A DNA stretch of 64,000 bases from Bythopirellula sp. (GTDB taxonomy: Bacteria > Planctomycetota > Planctomycetia > Pirellulales > Lacipirellulaceae), in contig OZ244170.1 in assembly GCA_965216565.1 (NCBI GenBank), positions 2,304,001 through 2,368,000 of the forward strand, written 5' to 3'. Under the pieces are notes generated by a model, which saw only the letters and a list, made by a program, of their open reading frames with translations, made no database searches and was not told the DNA's origin. The position numbers and the translations under genes were made by a program. This document shows, piece after piece, positions 11,130 through 21,321 of the stretch. How positions within the stretch are numbered: the stretch's first letter is position 1; each line of letters opens with the position of its first letter.

Positions 11130-11231
11130 GCATTTCCCGATTCATCTACGGATCTACTTGCAATCAGGCCGATGATACACAGCAGCGAGTCTAGAATCTC
11201 GATGTCGCTTTAACCCCTATCCAAACAGACT

Positions 11232-12050
11232 ATGTTTCTCAACTGGTGGAAAAATGATCGCCGCAAAGAGTGGCTTGCCCAGCCGCAGCCTCCCCAGTGG
11301 GAGCGCTGGCTGGAGAACAATGTCTGGCAATACCGTCAGCTCCCCGGGGAACTACAGCAGCATGTACGCGAAATTGTCTGCGTGATGTATCACGAAAAAA
11401 ACTGGGAAGGCGGCAGCGGTTTTCAAATCAACGACGAAATGCGAGTCGCCATTGCCGGCCAGGCTGCGCTTCTGACCTTGGGTTTCGAGAAGCCTTATTA
11501 CTTCGACAAACTCAAGTCGATCATCATCTATTCCGGCTCCTACGAGCAGCGCCCCGCATCGCACGACAATCTGCTGATGGGACGACTGCAAGATTCGTTT
11601 CCGCGTAGCGGCACGTTGCTCGGAGAAGCCTGGCAAGGGGGCCCCATTGTGCTCGCCTGGAATGTGGTCCAGCGCGATGGCCGCAACGCCCGTCGGCGAC
11701 GTTCCGTGGTACTCCACGAATTTGCCCATCATATGGATGGGCTCGACGGTTCGACCGACGGCAGCCCTCCGATGACGAGCTTTCGTTTTGAAAAACGCTG
11801 GTACGAAGTCACAACCAAGGAATACCAACGTCTGCTCCAATTCGCTCAGCGCAAGCAGAACACGCTACTCGACCACTATGGCGCAACCAATCACGCCGAG
11901 TTCTTTGCCGTTTCGACGGAGTGCTTCTTCACCACCCCCCATGAGTTTGCCGAACAGCATGGCGAACTCTATGAGATCATGGTCCAGTTCTTCGGACAAG
12001 ATCCCCGCGATTGGCTTTCCTCACCGGTACGCGATAGCGATATTGCTTAA
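11232..12050 (+). CDS. M90 family zinc metallopeptidase (MtfA-like)
   Basis: GEAW, HEFAH and YGATNHAEFFAV. Confidence 0.92.
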   Translation: MFLNWWKNDRRKEWLAQPQPPQWERWLENNVWQYRQLPGELQQHVREIVCVMYHEKNWEGGSGFQINDEMRVAIAGQAALLTLGFEKPYYFDKLKSIIIYSGSYEQRPASHDNLLMGRLQDSFPRSGTLLGEAWQGGPIVLAWNVVQRDGRNARRRRSVVLHEFAHHMDGLDGSTDGSPPMTSFRFEKRWYEVTTKEYQRLLQFAQRKQNTLLDHYGATNHAEFFAVSTECFFTTPHEFAEQHGELYEIMVQFFGQDPRDWLSSPVRDSDIA

Positions 12051-12086
12051 CGCTCTTGGTGGGTGATGATTCGCAAACTGGCTCGG

Positions 12087-12605
12087 CTAGTTCACCGGTG
12101 CAGGGGAGGGCAGAGTGTTTTCCACAGGTGCCAGGCTTTCTTCATAGCGCTCGAGCGACGCTGCCGGTTCGAGATTGAATACCGACTGGCCATCCGAACC
12201 CCAGGTCCCCCGTCGATTGACGAAAAATACGGTCGCGTAGCGCAAGTTGCCCACGGCTTCGACGTCTTCCATACCACCTCCGGGAATCGCCGCGAAGCTA
12301 ATCGTTGCACCGCAGAGCGCGTAGAGCTCGCCGGTCACGCGATCTGTGGCAAACAACACCTGGTCGCTCATTTCGCAACCGATCCATTCCAATCCCCGCG
12401 GTTTTCCAGTGGCGTTTGCCGCCTTCAGGAAAGCATCGACATAAGTGTTCTGCTTTTCCAAAAACTCCAGCTGAGCAAGTCGATACTGAGCCTGTCGCTG
12501 GGCAGTGCGACCCCGGCGCCAAATCCAACCAGCAACGAGCGCAAGTGCCAGCCCAACTCCGAATGCGACCCACACATTGCCCATAAATACAAATTCCTCA
12601 GCCAC
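12087..12605 (-). CDS. Hypothetical membrane-anchored protein
   Basis: N-terminal TM helix followed by globular-looking sequence (GKPRGLEW, GGGMEDVEAVGNLR). Confidence 0.7.
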   Translation of the reverse strand: MAEEFVFMGNVWVAFGVGLALALVAGWIWRRGRTAQRQAQYRLAQLEFLEKQNTYVDAFLKAANATGKPRGLEWIGCEMSDQVLFATDRVTGELYALCGATISFAAIPGGGMEDVEAVGNLRYATVFFVNRRGTWGSDGQSVFNLEPAASLERYEESLAPVENTLPSPAPVN

Positions 12606-12792
12606 TACGCGAACCTGGCTTTGCTCGACTATCTAGGATGAAGGCTAGATTGAAGTCTAGAATGGAGTGCCACTCACCACAAACAACATACGGAAGTGTA
12701 TACACCAATCAGCAGACCAATAGTCCATGCGCAGTCAAGCGAATCTTGAACTGATGCCCATGCTACCGAATTGCAGCGGCATGTGTAACCGG

Positions 12793-13137
12793 CTATCGGG
12801 CGAAGTTGGCCGCTGGGTACGTGCGTTGCGCAACCGGAGCGGGACCATACTGTGGTCGCTGGGCACAGGCGTAAAAAGTTGGTGAGGAATAGCTCGGCTG
12901 CGGTGCCCGATAGTGGGGGTAGCAATTTGCCGGCGCGAGGACCAACCGACGCGGCGACGGTGCGCGATGACATGGATACCGAACCATCGGAGCATGATGC
13001 CCAGGACCGTATCCGTAGCCAAAGTATTGCGCGGGCGTTCCCGGTACATTCCATCGTCCAAACGAAGCACCAAAAACAGAAGTCGCAACCAAGCACAAGA
13101 TACCGATGGCAAACAGAAATGTCATAGGTCGTCGCAT
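12793..13137 (-). CDS. Small secreted Pro/Tyr/Gly-rich hypothetical protein
   Basis: Signal-peptide-like N-terminus, then AQYFGYGYGPGHHAP. Confidence 0.6.
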   Translation of the reverse strand: MRRPMTFLFAIGILCLVATSVFGASFGRWNVPGTPAQYFGYGYGPGHHAPMVRYPCHRAPSPRRLVLAPANCYPHYRAPQPSYSSPTFYACAQRPQYGPAPVAQRTYPAANFAR

Positions 13138-13471
13138 GGCAGGCTTCCAGCTAGGCAGAGAATGGTTTGGAGAATACGGCCCTCATTGCCTAGCATCGAA
13201 CCACGCGCCTCCCATTCAACAGTCCGAAACGCCCTTGTGAGCAACTCCAGCAACCCCCGGTCATGCCGTGGCCCGACCATTGGGCTCAATCGATGCTATC
13301 ACCAACGGCCGAAAACTTTACCTAAGCTATCATCTAGCCGTTCCGACTAGGCCTAATCGCTGCACTCCATTAAGATCCCTCCCCACCAGCGTAGGCCACG
13401 ATGTCCTTGGCCACTGGTTCATCGGACACTTGGTCATTGGACAATTGATCATTAGACAAGGCATTCCTCCC

Positions 13472-14383
13472 ATGAAGGTCTCCGGCTTCAGCATCATTCG
13501 CGATGGCGTCCAGTTTGGGTATCCGTTTCTCGAAAGCATTCGGTCGGTGCTACCCCTAGTCGACGAGTTCATCTTGGCCGTGGGTAAAAGCAACGACGCG
13601 ACTCTCGAGGTAGCCCAGTCGCTCAATTCTCCGAAGCTGCGGATCATCGAAACCGTTTGGGACGAAAACCTGCGACGGGGCGGTCAGGTAATGGCCCAGC
13701 AAACCAATCTTGCCCTGGATGCGTGCTCGCACCCCTGGTGCTTTTACATCCAAGGCGACGAAGTGATTCACGAGCAGGACCACGAGACTATTCGACAATC
13801 GATGCGTAAGAATCTCGGAAACCCGAAGGTCGAGGGCCTTAGCTTTCGGTACCGACACTTTTTCGGCAGCTACCACCTCATCAATCCATTGCCCTACCGA
13901 CGTCAAATCCGCGTTGTTCGCAACGGCATCGGAGTTCGATCCGTAGGCGATGCATGTGGTTTCGCCATCAATGGCCGCAAACTTCGCAAGAAAAATACAG
14001 GGGCGGAAGTCTACCACTACGGTTGGGTACGCCAGCCGGAAGTGATGGGACGCAAACATGCCCAATTTTTAAGATTCTACTGGGACACACTCCGAGGCCA
14101 CGAAGCGGAACCGGCACCCGAAGTCACCACCGCCAGCGCCTACGAATTCCGCACTAGTGCCTGCGTACCTTTCCGCGGGTCGCACCCTGCGATTATGCAC
14201 GAGACGATTGCCGCCCAGGATTGGCCCGAGCCACCGTACAATTACATCCCGCTGTGGAGAAATCCGCAATGGTGGGATGGTTTTCTGCAAAAGAACTTCG
14301 CCACACTCTATCGGCGACTGCCACAAGGCAAAGAGGCCACCAGTGGCAAGACGCACCGAGAAGGTGAGCTTCACGCTGTATGA
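13472..14383 (+). CDS. Glycosyltransferase family 2-like protein
   Basis: MKVSGFSIIRD..YPFLESIRS, QGDE and YHYGWVR. Start placed at MKVSG. Confidence 0.88.
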   Translation: MKVSGFSIIRDGVQFGYPFLESIRSVLPLVDEFILAVGKSNDATLEVAQSLNSPKLRIIETVWDENLRRGGQVMAQQTNLALDACSHPWCFYIQGDEVIHEQDHETIRQSMRKNLGNPKVEGLSFRYRHFFGSYHLINPLPYRRQIRVVRNGIGVRSVGDACGFAINGRKLRKKNTGAEVYHYGWVRQPEVMGRKHAQFLRFYWDTLRGHEAEPAPEVTTASAYEFRTSACVPFRGSHPAIMHETIAAQDWPEPPYNYIPLWRNPQWWDGFLQKNFATLYRRLPQGKEATSGKTHREGELHAV

Positions 14384-14468
14384 TGAACGCAGGTTCCCGA
14401 CGATCTATTAGATTGCGGCCAGATTGAGTTGCGGTCTACGTGAAAAGTGAATCCTCATCCGTGAAGAG

Positions 14469-15143
14469 TTAGACTTCTATTAATCGCCCCGCCTCCAGGC
14501 GAGTCTTGCGGCCCATCGCGCCGGCCAACGATTCGCTATGCGTCACCACAATCAGCATTGCTTCTGATTGCGTTTGCAGTTCGACGAGTAGCTTGGTGAT
14601 TTCGTCTGCCGTCTTGGCGTCGAGGTTCCCCGTGGGTTCATCCGCCAATATTAGTTGCGGCTTGCGAACCAGTGCCCGCGCGAGGGCCACCCGCTGACGT
14701 TCGCCTCCGGAGAGCTGCGCGGGACGATGCAAACTCCGCTCGCCCAAACCGACACGATTGATTAACTCCTGCGCTTGCTCAATTTCTGCACCCTGCGCTG
14801 ACCCATCCGACAGAAACGGGACCAGCACGTTTTCCAAAACCGTACATTGCGGCAAGAGATGATGATCCTGAAAGACGAAGCCAATGTTAGCACTCCGAAA
14901 CGCCGCCAGCTTGGCCTCGCTAAGTGAGAAGGGATTGCAGTCTCCCAACGTGACACTGCCCGACGTGGGCGACTCCAGGGTGCCCAGGATAGCCAGCAGC
15001 GTGCTCTTTCCCGAACCACTAGGGCCCAAGATCGCAATGCTCTCACCTGCCTCAACCACCAGCGACGCCTCGGCCAACACAACCAATTCCCGATCGCCCG
15101 AGGGATACGATTTTGAAATGCTCTCCGCAACAAGCTTGCTCAT
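14469..15143 (-). CDS. ABC transporter ATP-binding protein (LolD-like)
   Basis: GPSGSGKST, LSGGERQR, ADEPTGNLD and VTH. Confidence 0.93.
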   Translation of the reverse strand: MSKLVAESISKSYPSGDRELVVLAEASLVVEAGESIAILGPSGSGKSTLLAILGTLESPTSGSVTLGDCNPFSLSEAKLAAFRSANIGFVFQDHHLLPQCTVLENVLVPFLSDGSAQGAEIEQAQELINRVGLGERSLHRPAQLSGGERQRVALARALVRKPQLILADEPTGNLDAKTADEITKLLVELQTQSEAMLIVVTHSESLAGAMGRKTRLEAGRLIEV

Positions 15144-15431
15144 GCCGCCATTGTGGCTGCCGATCGCGGAAAGTGGAAGGAGTCCCGCAGAAAGCAGAGG
15201 CGAAGTACGCCGCGGCCCAATCAGGTGGCCAAAAATAAGACTACATTTCTTTGGCCAATATCGATAATCAACTTCGACAATTTGCGTAGCGAAGACAACC
15301 AGGCAGAGGGCGCCAGAAGACGTAAAAATCCTCAGAGGCGAAAAACGGTAAATCTCGGATTTCGATTTACACTAGATCGTGTGTGACACTTTTAAGACCA
15401 CACAAAATATGCTTGGCCTCTATTTTTGAGC

Positions 15432-17132
15432 CTAAGCGATGATATCTCGGCGACGCTTCAGATAGTCCCATACCACATAGCGGTCCAAATCTTTTCCAGC
15501 AGTAAAAAACACGCGACCTTGGGTCGACTCTGCCAATCGATACGCGAAACGGACATCCTCTTCGGTCTGAGACCAACTGGGCAGCAGAAACATGTTGATC
15601 GTGATTCCATCCCGATGGCAAAGTTGGCCTTCCCGCATCGTCGCCTGTTCGGTTTGCGGATCGGGTGGATACAGCAGGTAGAGCATTTCACCTTCAAAGT
15701 GGGCCGTCGGCAGGCCATCGGTAATGAGCACAATCTGCCGATTCGGCGTGTCCTGCGTCGCCAACAGACGCCGCGCCGTGGACAACGCATGTTGGATATT
15801 CGTGAAATGCGGCGGCACTTGGTACTCGCTAACATCTTCGCGGCTCATATCCGCCCGCAAACGCACCACCGGATCGTGCACGGTGACCGGTTTAGGCATA
15901 AGTTCAACAATCCGCCCCCGTTCTACCGGTTTGGCGAAGCTAGACATTTCGATAAACTGCAGAAAATCGCCAGGATACTCGCTCCGAATGAGGCCCTCGA
16001 GCGTCAAGGCCATTCGCTTGACGTTGATATACTGCCCGTCGTAACGCATTGATCCACTCATATCCATCAACACACAAGTCGCACACTTGGGGTTGTTGCG
16101 AGTCGTGTGGATCTGCATGTCATCTGCTGAGAGCCGAATCGGCAACCCAGGCCCCTGGCGGACAAGCGCATTGATAAACGTACCAGGGATGTCGAGATGC
16201 GTGACGGAGTCGCCGAATTCGTAATCTTTGGTCTGTTGCGTTTCAACGGCGCCTTCGCCCACAATAGGCCCTTGATGCCGTCCGCTCCGTGAGGCTTCAA
16301 TCTCGCTAAACAGTCGGTCAATGAGCTTTGCTTGAAAGATTCGGTATGCTTTGGGCGTCACCTGGTAGTGCTCGCCGCGTTGCTCCAGCCCCTGCCGTTC
16401 GGCTTCTTCGCGGAGGTAGTCCTGGACCTGTTGCTGCAAGGCACTGAGCTGGTCGATATCCCCCGGCTCGGCAAACTCGGCCAGTGCTTCCATATCGATA
16501 ATGCCAATTTGGGCCGTTTCTCGGGCTTCTTCAAGTTGCTTGATCAACTCGTCAATCCGCTCGAGCTCCTCCTTGATTTCCAGCGCCTGGGGCACAGTCA
16601 TCGACTCCCGCCCCGTGAATTCGTAGTCCGCGGCTAACTGCTCAATTTGATACTTGTCTCCCAAGGTTTCAATCAAACTGACGAGAGCCCGGGCAAATGG
16701 AGACTGATCGTCCCCCGTGGCGTACCACAGGCGTTCCAGCTCACGTAGTTGCTCGTTCGCAATCGCTTCCTGATAACGCTTGCGATGTGGTTTAGGGGCT
16801 GCGACGCTCTGTGCATGCTCGACAAAGGCACTGTGAGCTCGCTGACGAACCTTGCGGGTTTCGTACTTTTCGAGAATCTTCCGGCGGCGTTCCCGAAGCA
16901 AGGCCAGTAAAGCGTCAATGCTGGGCCCGAGCCCGGAGATTTGGCTAGGATCGATTCGCACCGCCCGAGCAAGCTCTTCTTCCGTTAGCTCTCGCCGTTG
17001 GCCGAACATGAGCATATGTTCAAATGCCGAGGAAACTAAGTCGGGCGGTGGTTGTGTGGGACTAGGAAATCGCCGCGGATCGTATTTCTGGTAGGTATGA
17101 ATCACACCGCCCAGCGTGTTGCGATTGGCCAT
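15432..17132 (-). CDS. vWA domain-containing protein
   Basis: MIDAS motif DMSGSM, TNIQHAL and ITDGLPTAH. Confidence 0.88.
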   Translation of the reverse strand: MANRNTLGGVIHTYQKYDPRRFPSPTQPPPDLVSSAFEHMLMFGQRRELTEEELARAVRIDPSQISGLGPSIDALLALLRERRRKILEKYETRKVRQRAHSAFVEHAQSVAAPKPHRKRYQEAIANEQLRELERLWYATGDDQSPFARALVSLIETLGDKYQIEQLAADYEFTGRESMTVPQALEIKEELERIDELIKQLEEARETAQIGIIDMEALAEFAEPGDIDQLSALQQQVQDYLREEAERQGLEQRGEHYQVTPKAYRIFQAKLIDRLFSEIEASRSGRHQGPIVGEGAVETQQTKDYEFGDSVTHLDIPGTFINALVRQGPGLPIRLSADDMQIHTTRNNPKCATCVLMDMSGSMRYDGQYINVKRMALTLEGLIRSEYPGDFLQFIEMSSFAKPVERGRIVELMPKPVTVHDPVVRLRADMSREDVSEYQVPPHFTNIQHALSTARRLLATQDTPNRQIVLITDGLPTAHFEGEMLYLLYPPDPQTEQATMREGQLCHRDGITINMFLLPSWSQTEEDVRFAYRLAESTQGRVFFTAGKDLDRYVVWDYLKRRRDIIA

Positions 17133-17250
17133 CGACGAAGTCCCCTGAATGAATGCCTGTAAAAGATTGGTATCGCTGCGGCATCAGCGCATCTTGGGAC
17201 ATTCTAGACGCTCGCAGCAGGCGAGGCCATGCGCAGCCAGTGGAGAAGCC

Positions 17251-18243
17251 TTATTGAACGAATCGAGAATAGATTTCGTGAATGTGCCACTTGAGCATGG
17301 TGACATGCCCAGCACGCGGATCTACGATCAGCTCGCTTTCGGCAATGGTGCGGTGAAAATAACGGCCCATCGACGGCGTCGCAATTTGATCGCAGCCACC
17401 TTGCCAAATAGAGACCGGCACTCCTTGCAGCTGACAAAGCTGAAAGCCCCAACACGAACCTAGTAGCCGAATGTCCTTGACCATCCCCGCAGCACCGCAC
17501 CGGCCCGCTTCGTTCAAATTTTCGATCAAATGCCGGTAGTAGTGAGGATTGCATAGAACGAGTTGCCTGTCTGCTGCCGTCCACTTCTTGGCAATCATGT
17601 TCACGATCTTATCGGGACGGCGATCGAGACGTCGATTGATGAAACCAATACCCATTTTCCCCAGTCGAGGACGTTTTGTGATCAATCGGATCATCTTGTC
17701 TTGGCTTCCCGAACAGACACCGGGGGAACCAAGAGGCGAATGGCCCGAGACAATCGCAGCATGATTGATACGGTGCGGCATCCTCAGCACACAAGCACTG
17801 GCATAGGGAGCTCCTCCAGAGAATCCGAGGACGCCAAATTGTCGGTCTGTGTAGCCAAATGAATCAGCGAGTGCGGCCACATCGCTGGGCCAGTCCAGTA
17901 TCCGTCGGCATGGATCATAGGTCGATCGACCTAGTCCCGGTCGGTCGACGGCAATCAAGTGAATCCCTGCGGAATAAGCTTCGTCCGAGACCAGAGCTAC
18001 TTCCAGCCGTGAGCCTGGAGTACCGTGAAAGTAGAAAACCAACTGGCCATGTGGATCGCCATATTCTCGATAGGCCAAGCACCGCCCGTCGCAAAGCTTT
18101 AGGCTTCCCTCGCGACTGAGGGATTCATCATCCGCGCGGGCGAATTGGCCAGAGCAAACCAACAGCAGCAAAGCTGCAATGCGAGTGGGGAGAGCAGAGA
18201 GCATTTCAATATCTTGGGCGGGACGGATCGGGGAGGGGCGCAA
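17251..18243 (-). CDS. Secreted alpha/beta hydrolase (start possibly 18204)
   Basis: FHGTPGS, DRPGLG, GFSGG nucleophile elbow and C-terminal AGH. Confidence 0.88.
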   Translation of the reverse strand: MRPSPIRPAQDIEMLSALPTRIAALLLLVCSGQFARADDESLSREGSLKLCDGRCLAYREYGDPHGQLVFYFHGTPGSRLEVALVSDEAYSAGIHLIAVDRPGLGRSTYDPCRRILDWPSDVAALADSFGYTDRQFGVLGFSGGAPYASACVLRMPHRINHAAIVSGHSPLGSPGVCSGSQDKMIRLITKRPRLGKMGIGFINRRLDRRPDKIVNMIAKKWTAADRQLVLCNPHYYRHLIENLNEAGRCGAAGMVKDIRLLGSCWGFQLCQLQGVPVSIWQGGCDQIATPSMGRYFHRTIAESELIVDPRAGHVTMLKWHIHEIYSRFVQ

Positions 18244-18321
18244 GCAAGACTTGCGACTATATAAATCTACACCCTAATTGTCATCTAGGCGCTGGCTAGC
18301 TGATTGTAAAATGTTCGGAAT

Positions 18322-19111
18322 CTAACAAATCCAACGATTAGAGGGACCAATTAGGGCCAGCAAGGGCAATAGAAGTATTCCTAGATTCGGCTCGGGCACT
18401 GCGGACAGGTTTGGAGTGAGCGGTATGCCCGTTCCAAATTCTTGCTGCCAGTCCAGAAAATCCAATCCATTGAGGTCCACTCCATAGCGAGCCTCCCAGC
18501 CAAGCGTTGGATGCGTGAGATCATTTGAATCGACATCACCATCGCCATCAAAATCCGCTTTTAAGTTCTGGAACAGAAATAATCCGCTGTCTCCATTGGT
18601 GAAGTCGACTGAAAACAGCAGATTGCCCAAATCGTTTAAGGCGGTAGGACTGCCGTCGTTTCCACCTGAGCCGCCTACGAAATCGAGTGACGCGATCGTT
18701 CGACCCGCCAGATTATCGCCCTCCTGGGCAATCAATACACCTGCTCCTCCTGAGTCCATCAGCCACAATCCCGAGTCGTTGCTGGCCCCCACCGCACCGC
18801 CAAGCTGTAAGGAAGCTTTCAGTGCGATCTGACCGGCAGAGTTTAATACATACTTTTCAAAATCGTCGAAGCTGGCCCCCACAATGCCAGGCACGCCTGC
18901 ACTTCCACTACGGGCAATTTCGTTTGATGTAACGCCATCAAACGACCAGATTCCACGGCTGTCGCTGGCTGTAACTCCTCCCACACCAGCCACAAGTTCA
19001 CCATGGACGATAACATCTCCGCTATCACTCAATAGAGGAGTCTCGAACGACTCAAAATCAGCATCTGCAATCCCCGGCACCCCTCCCGACCCCGTTTGTG
19101 CAATCCGTTCC
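18322..19111 (-). pseudogene. 3' half of an IS-interrupted PEP-CTERM protein with NxxGxxAF-type repeats
   Basis: Repeats (LNSAGQIA, LNDLGNLLF), ADFDGDGDVD..DFLDWQ and VPEP plus TM segment. Joins in frame with 23011-24007 once the IS is removed. Confidence 0.9.
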
Positions 19112-19277
19112 GGCACTGGTAACCTTCCGTGTGGGATTTCTTCGTATTCCCCGTGATTCCCAGCCGTTGGCGGATTGTTTGCATTTTATTCCGCTAGCAA
19201 TGCTATAGTACCAATTGCGTTGGCCTGGACTTGGGGTGTCTATCACGCAACAATTCCAATCCGCTCTAACTCCCCAA

Positions 19278-19311
19278 CAAAAAAACCCGGTTGCCATTAC
19301 TGACAACCGGG
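19278..19311 (-). terminator. Rho-independent terminator
   Basis: Minus strand reads CCCGGTTGTCA-GTAA-TGGCAACCGGG followed by a T-run, just downstream of the 19337-19507 ORF. Confidence 0.85.
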
Positions 19312-19336
19312 CTCGATAGAACAAGTTTACTGCACT

Positions 19337-19507
19337 TTAGGCGTACTGGATCAGCTTCCATGTCACGGCTTTACCATTGTATGGGGGCATCACATTGCCC
19401 TCTGCAATGGGTGCAGTTGTGGATGGCGTACCTTCCACTTTCCACACTCCGCTCTCTGGACATCTTTGACCAGTAGTCGCTGTAGTGCCTATCGGTTTTT
19501 TGCTCAT
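19337..19507 (-). CDS. 56-aa small protein (YjzC-like TGQxCPxSGxW motif); absent from the ORF track
   Basis: Translated by hand: MSKKPIGTTATTGQRCPESGVWKVEGTPSTTAPIAEGNVMPPYNGKAVTWKLIQYA. AAGGAG RBS upstream, terminator downstream. Confidence 0.8.
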   Translation of the reverse strand: MSKKPIGTTATTGQRCPESGVWKVEGTPSTTAPIAEGNVMPPYNGKAVTWKLIQYA

Positions 19508-19541
19508 CTCAAACAAACTCCTTTAAAAAAGAGGAAAAAAA

Positions 19542-19811
19542 GTGGCCAGCTTCGGACTAATAAAGCCCTTCGACATCGACCACGGGGAACTCGATGGACT
19601 CCGCCAACAAGATTGTTTTGTCCTTGGCTATGAACTTGCTCAGATCGACCAACTGCTAAAGCAGCCAGAGTCCATCAATAAACCAGTTCACGCTGACAAC
19701 AATAATCGTATAAAAAAAGCCTGTGTCGAATCTGGTCGCCAATACAGCTTGACGTGGATGTCCGGTGACTCGTCAGAGTCATGGATGCATCTTCAAGTTG
19801 ACGGCTTGTAA
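19542..19811 (+). CDS. Hypothetical IS passenger protein (89 aa)
   Basis: GTG start with GAGG upstream; globular composition; divergent from the 56-aa ORF. Confidence 0.6.
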   Translation: MASFGLIKPFDIDHGELDGLRQQDCFVLGYELAQIDQLLKQPESINKPVHADNNNRIKKACVESGRQYSLTWMSGDSSESWMHLQVDGL

Positions 19812-20092
19812 AACGACAACGACTCCCAAATCTAATAATTAAGCATCATTGCACGCATGCGCGGCAACTCTATCGGTGCTATTTGGGGATGCTGTGCCAG
19901 AGGCGGCGAGATGTGAATAACGTCCGCTACTCCATTAACAGTCAATTCCTACTCAGAATATACATAATTGGAACGCGGTCGCAAGGGGCAAAGCCAACTT
20001 GCGACCGCATCCAATAAAGACGTTATTCACGGGCAACTTTGTACCATTTTTCACAATGTCTCGTCAACTAGTTTTTGCACTATTCCGTGCTG

Positions 20093-21037
20093 TTAGTTTG
20101 CGGCATTTATCAGCAATTCTCCAACACCCCAGGCTTTTTCTGTCAAACCAGCGGCCATTGCTGGGGTCTCGCCTAGCGAGTCATGCTTGCGAGCAAAGTT
20201 GTAGTAGCAGAGATAGATTGCTTGCATGGCCTTGTGATGCTCTAGGCTCTTGCTGTGGGCATTCGTGAGACGGGTGAACCGTCGCAGATGCATTCTATAC
20301 TTCTGGTTGAAGGATTCGATATGGCTCGTGCAGACGTTCTCTTGCTTGGGGTTACCGTAAACAGCTTTCTTCTCAGAGTTTATTATCGTGGCCGGGCTGT
20401 AGCGGGTCTGCGTTTGGGTAGATGCGTAGTTCTTGACGATCTGGCCATAGTCTACCCGATTGCCGAAGGTGAACGGCACGTTGTTGGTGTAGGTCGATAG
20501 GCCGTCAGTGGACAGTTGGAAGCGGCCAGCGGTCGCACGGTCTAACTTCTCCAAGAATCGAACAGTGGTTTCGCGATCCCGGCCACCAATCTCATAGGCC
20601 AGAACCATTTTCGTATTCCGCTCGATTCCAAGAAACGTCCAGGAGTCGCCGTACTCTTCCCCGTAGCCATTGGCTTGACGGGTTTTTTCTTTACAGCCAA
20701 CGAAGCTCCAGATTTCATCGGCCTGCACGTCCTCAACTTCGATGTCGCGTAGGCTGTTCATCAGGCGTTCGCAGTTGTTGCCGACTGTGAGAATGAGATC
20801 GGCCAGAGTTTGACGGCAAAGGCCGGTCACACGCTGTACTGAGCGAATCGACATGCCCTCTAGCAACAGGGAGATAGCGGTAGCGGCTTGCTTGATATCG
20901 GTTCGCATGGCCCCTAGTGGGCTCTCTGGCTTGTCAACGAAAGTCTTGCCACACAGCGAGCACTTCAAACGGGGGTGACCTTGACGGTCTTTCCCGTGTT
21001 TGTGGCAATTTTCGTGTTGGCAGGCGGTTACTATCAT
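20093..21037 (-). CDS. IS1-family transposase (single ORF)
   Basis: N-terminal Cys cluster (C..C...CSLC), HTH (GMSIRSVQRVTG), DDE residues in VQADEIWSFVG, STDG and HIES, plus RRFTRLTNAHSK and TPAMAAG. Confidence 0.92.
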   Translation of the reverse strand: MIVTACQHENCHKHGKDRQGHPRLKCSLCGKTFVDKPESPLGAMRTDIKQAATAISLLLEGMSIRSVQRVTGLCRQTLADLILTVGNNCERLMNSLRDIEVEDVQADEIWSFVGCKEKTRQANGYGEEYGDSWTFLGIERNTKMVLAYEIGGRDRETTVRFLEKLDRATAGRFQLSTDGLSTYTNNVPFTFGNRVDYGQIVKNYASTQTQTRYSPATIINSEKKAVYGNPKQENVCTSHIESFNQKYRMHLRRFTRLTNAHSKSLEHHKAMQAIYLCYYNFARKHDSLGETPAMAAGLTEKAWGVGELLINAAN

Positions 21038-21047
21038 TGTTCTCTCG

Positions 21048-21118
21048 TTGATTTCAGTATACTTTAATCAAACGAGGGCTGCAATAGATTAGGGTTGATT
21101 TTTGGAAACTTTTATCAA
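21048..21118. promoter_or_regulatory. Two TTGAT-N14-ATCAA palindromic operator-like sites between divergent genes
   Basis: TTGATTTCAGTATACTTTAATCAA (21048-21071) and TTGATTTTTGGAAACTTTTATCAA (21095-21118). Confidence 0.6.
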
Positions 21119-21128
21119 ATAATCTGGC

Positions 21129-21320
21129 ATGGCTAAGAAAGCAACAAAACGGGGCGGAAAACGCCCAGGCGCAGGACGACCCGCCAAAGCCCCTAGCGAG
21201 AGGCGAGATCAGGTCTTTTCCGTCAAGCTGACTGCTGACGAGAAGAAGCTACTAGACGATACAGAGGCGCGCACGTGGGCACGCGACGTATTGCTACGAT
21301 CCGCTCGCAAGAGACAGTAA
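21129..21320 (+). CDS. Small basic DNA-binding protein (AT-hook-like RGGKRPGAGRP plus possible ribbon-helix-helix)
   Basis: Basic tail, then strand VFSVKLT and two helices; divergent from the transposase. Confidence 0.7.
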   Translation: MAKKATKRGGKRPGAGRPAKAPSERRDQVFSVKLTADEKKLLDDTEARTWARDVLLRSARKRQ

Positions 21321-21321
21321 G

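Noticed and set aside
13405..13460. Degenerate ~15-bp tandem repeats (TTGGTCATTGGACA-like) that extend the GT2 ORF upstream
   Set aside because: Short low-complexity intergenic repeat with no spacers, so not CRISPR; the GT2 start at MKVSG is more plausible.
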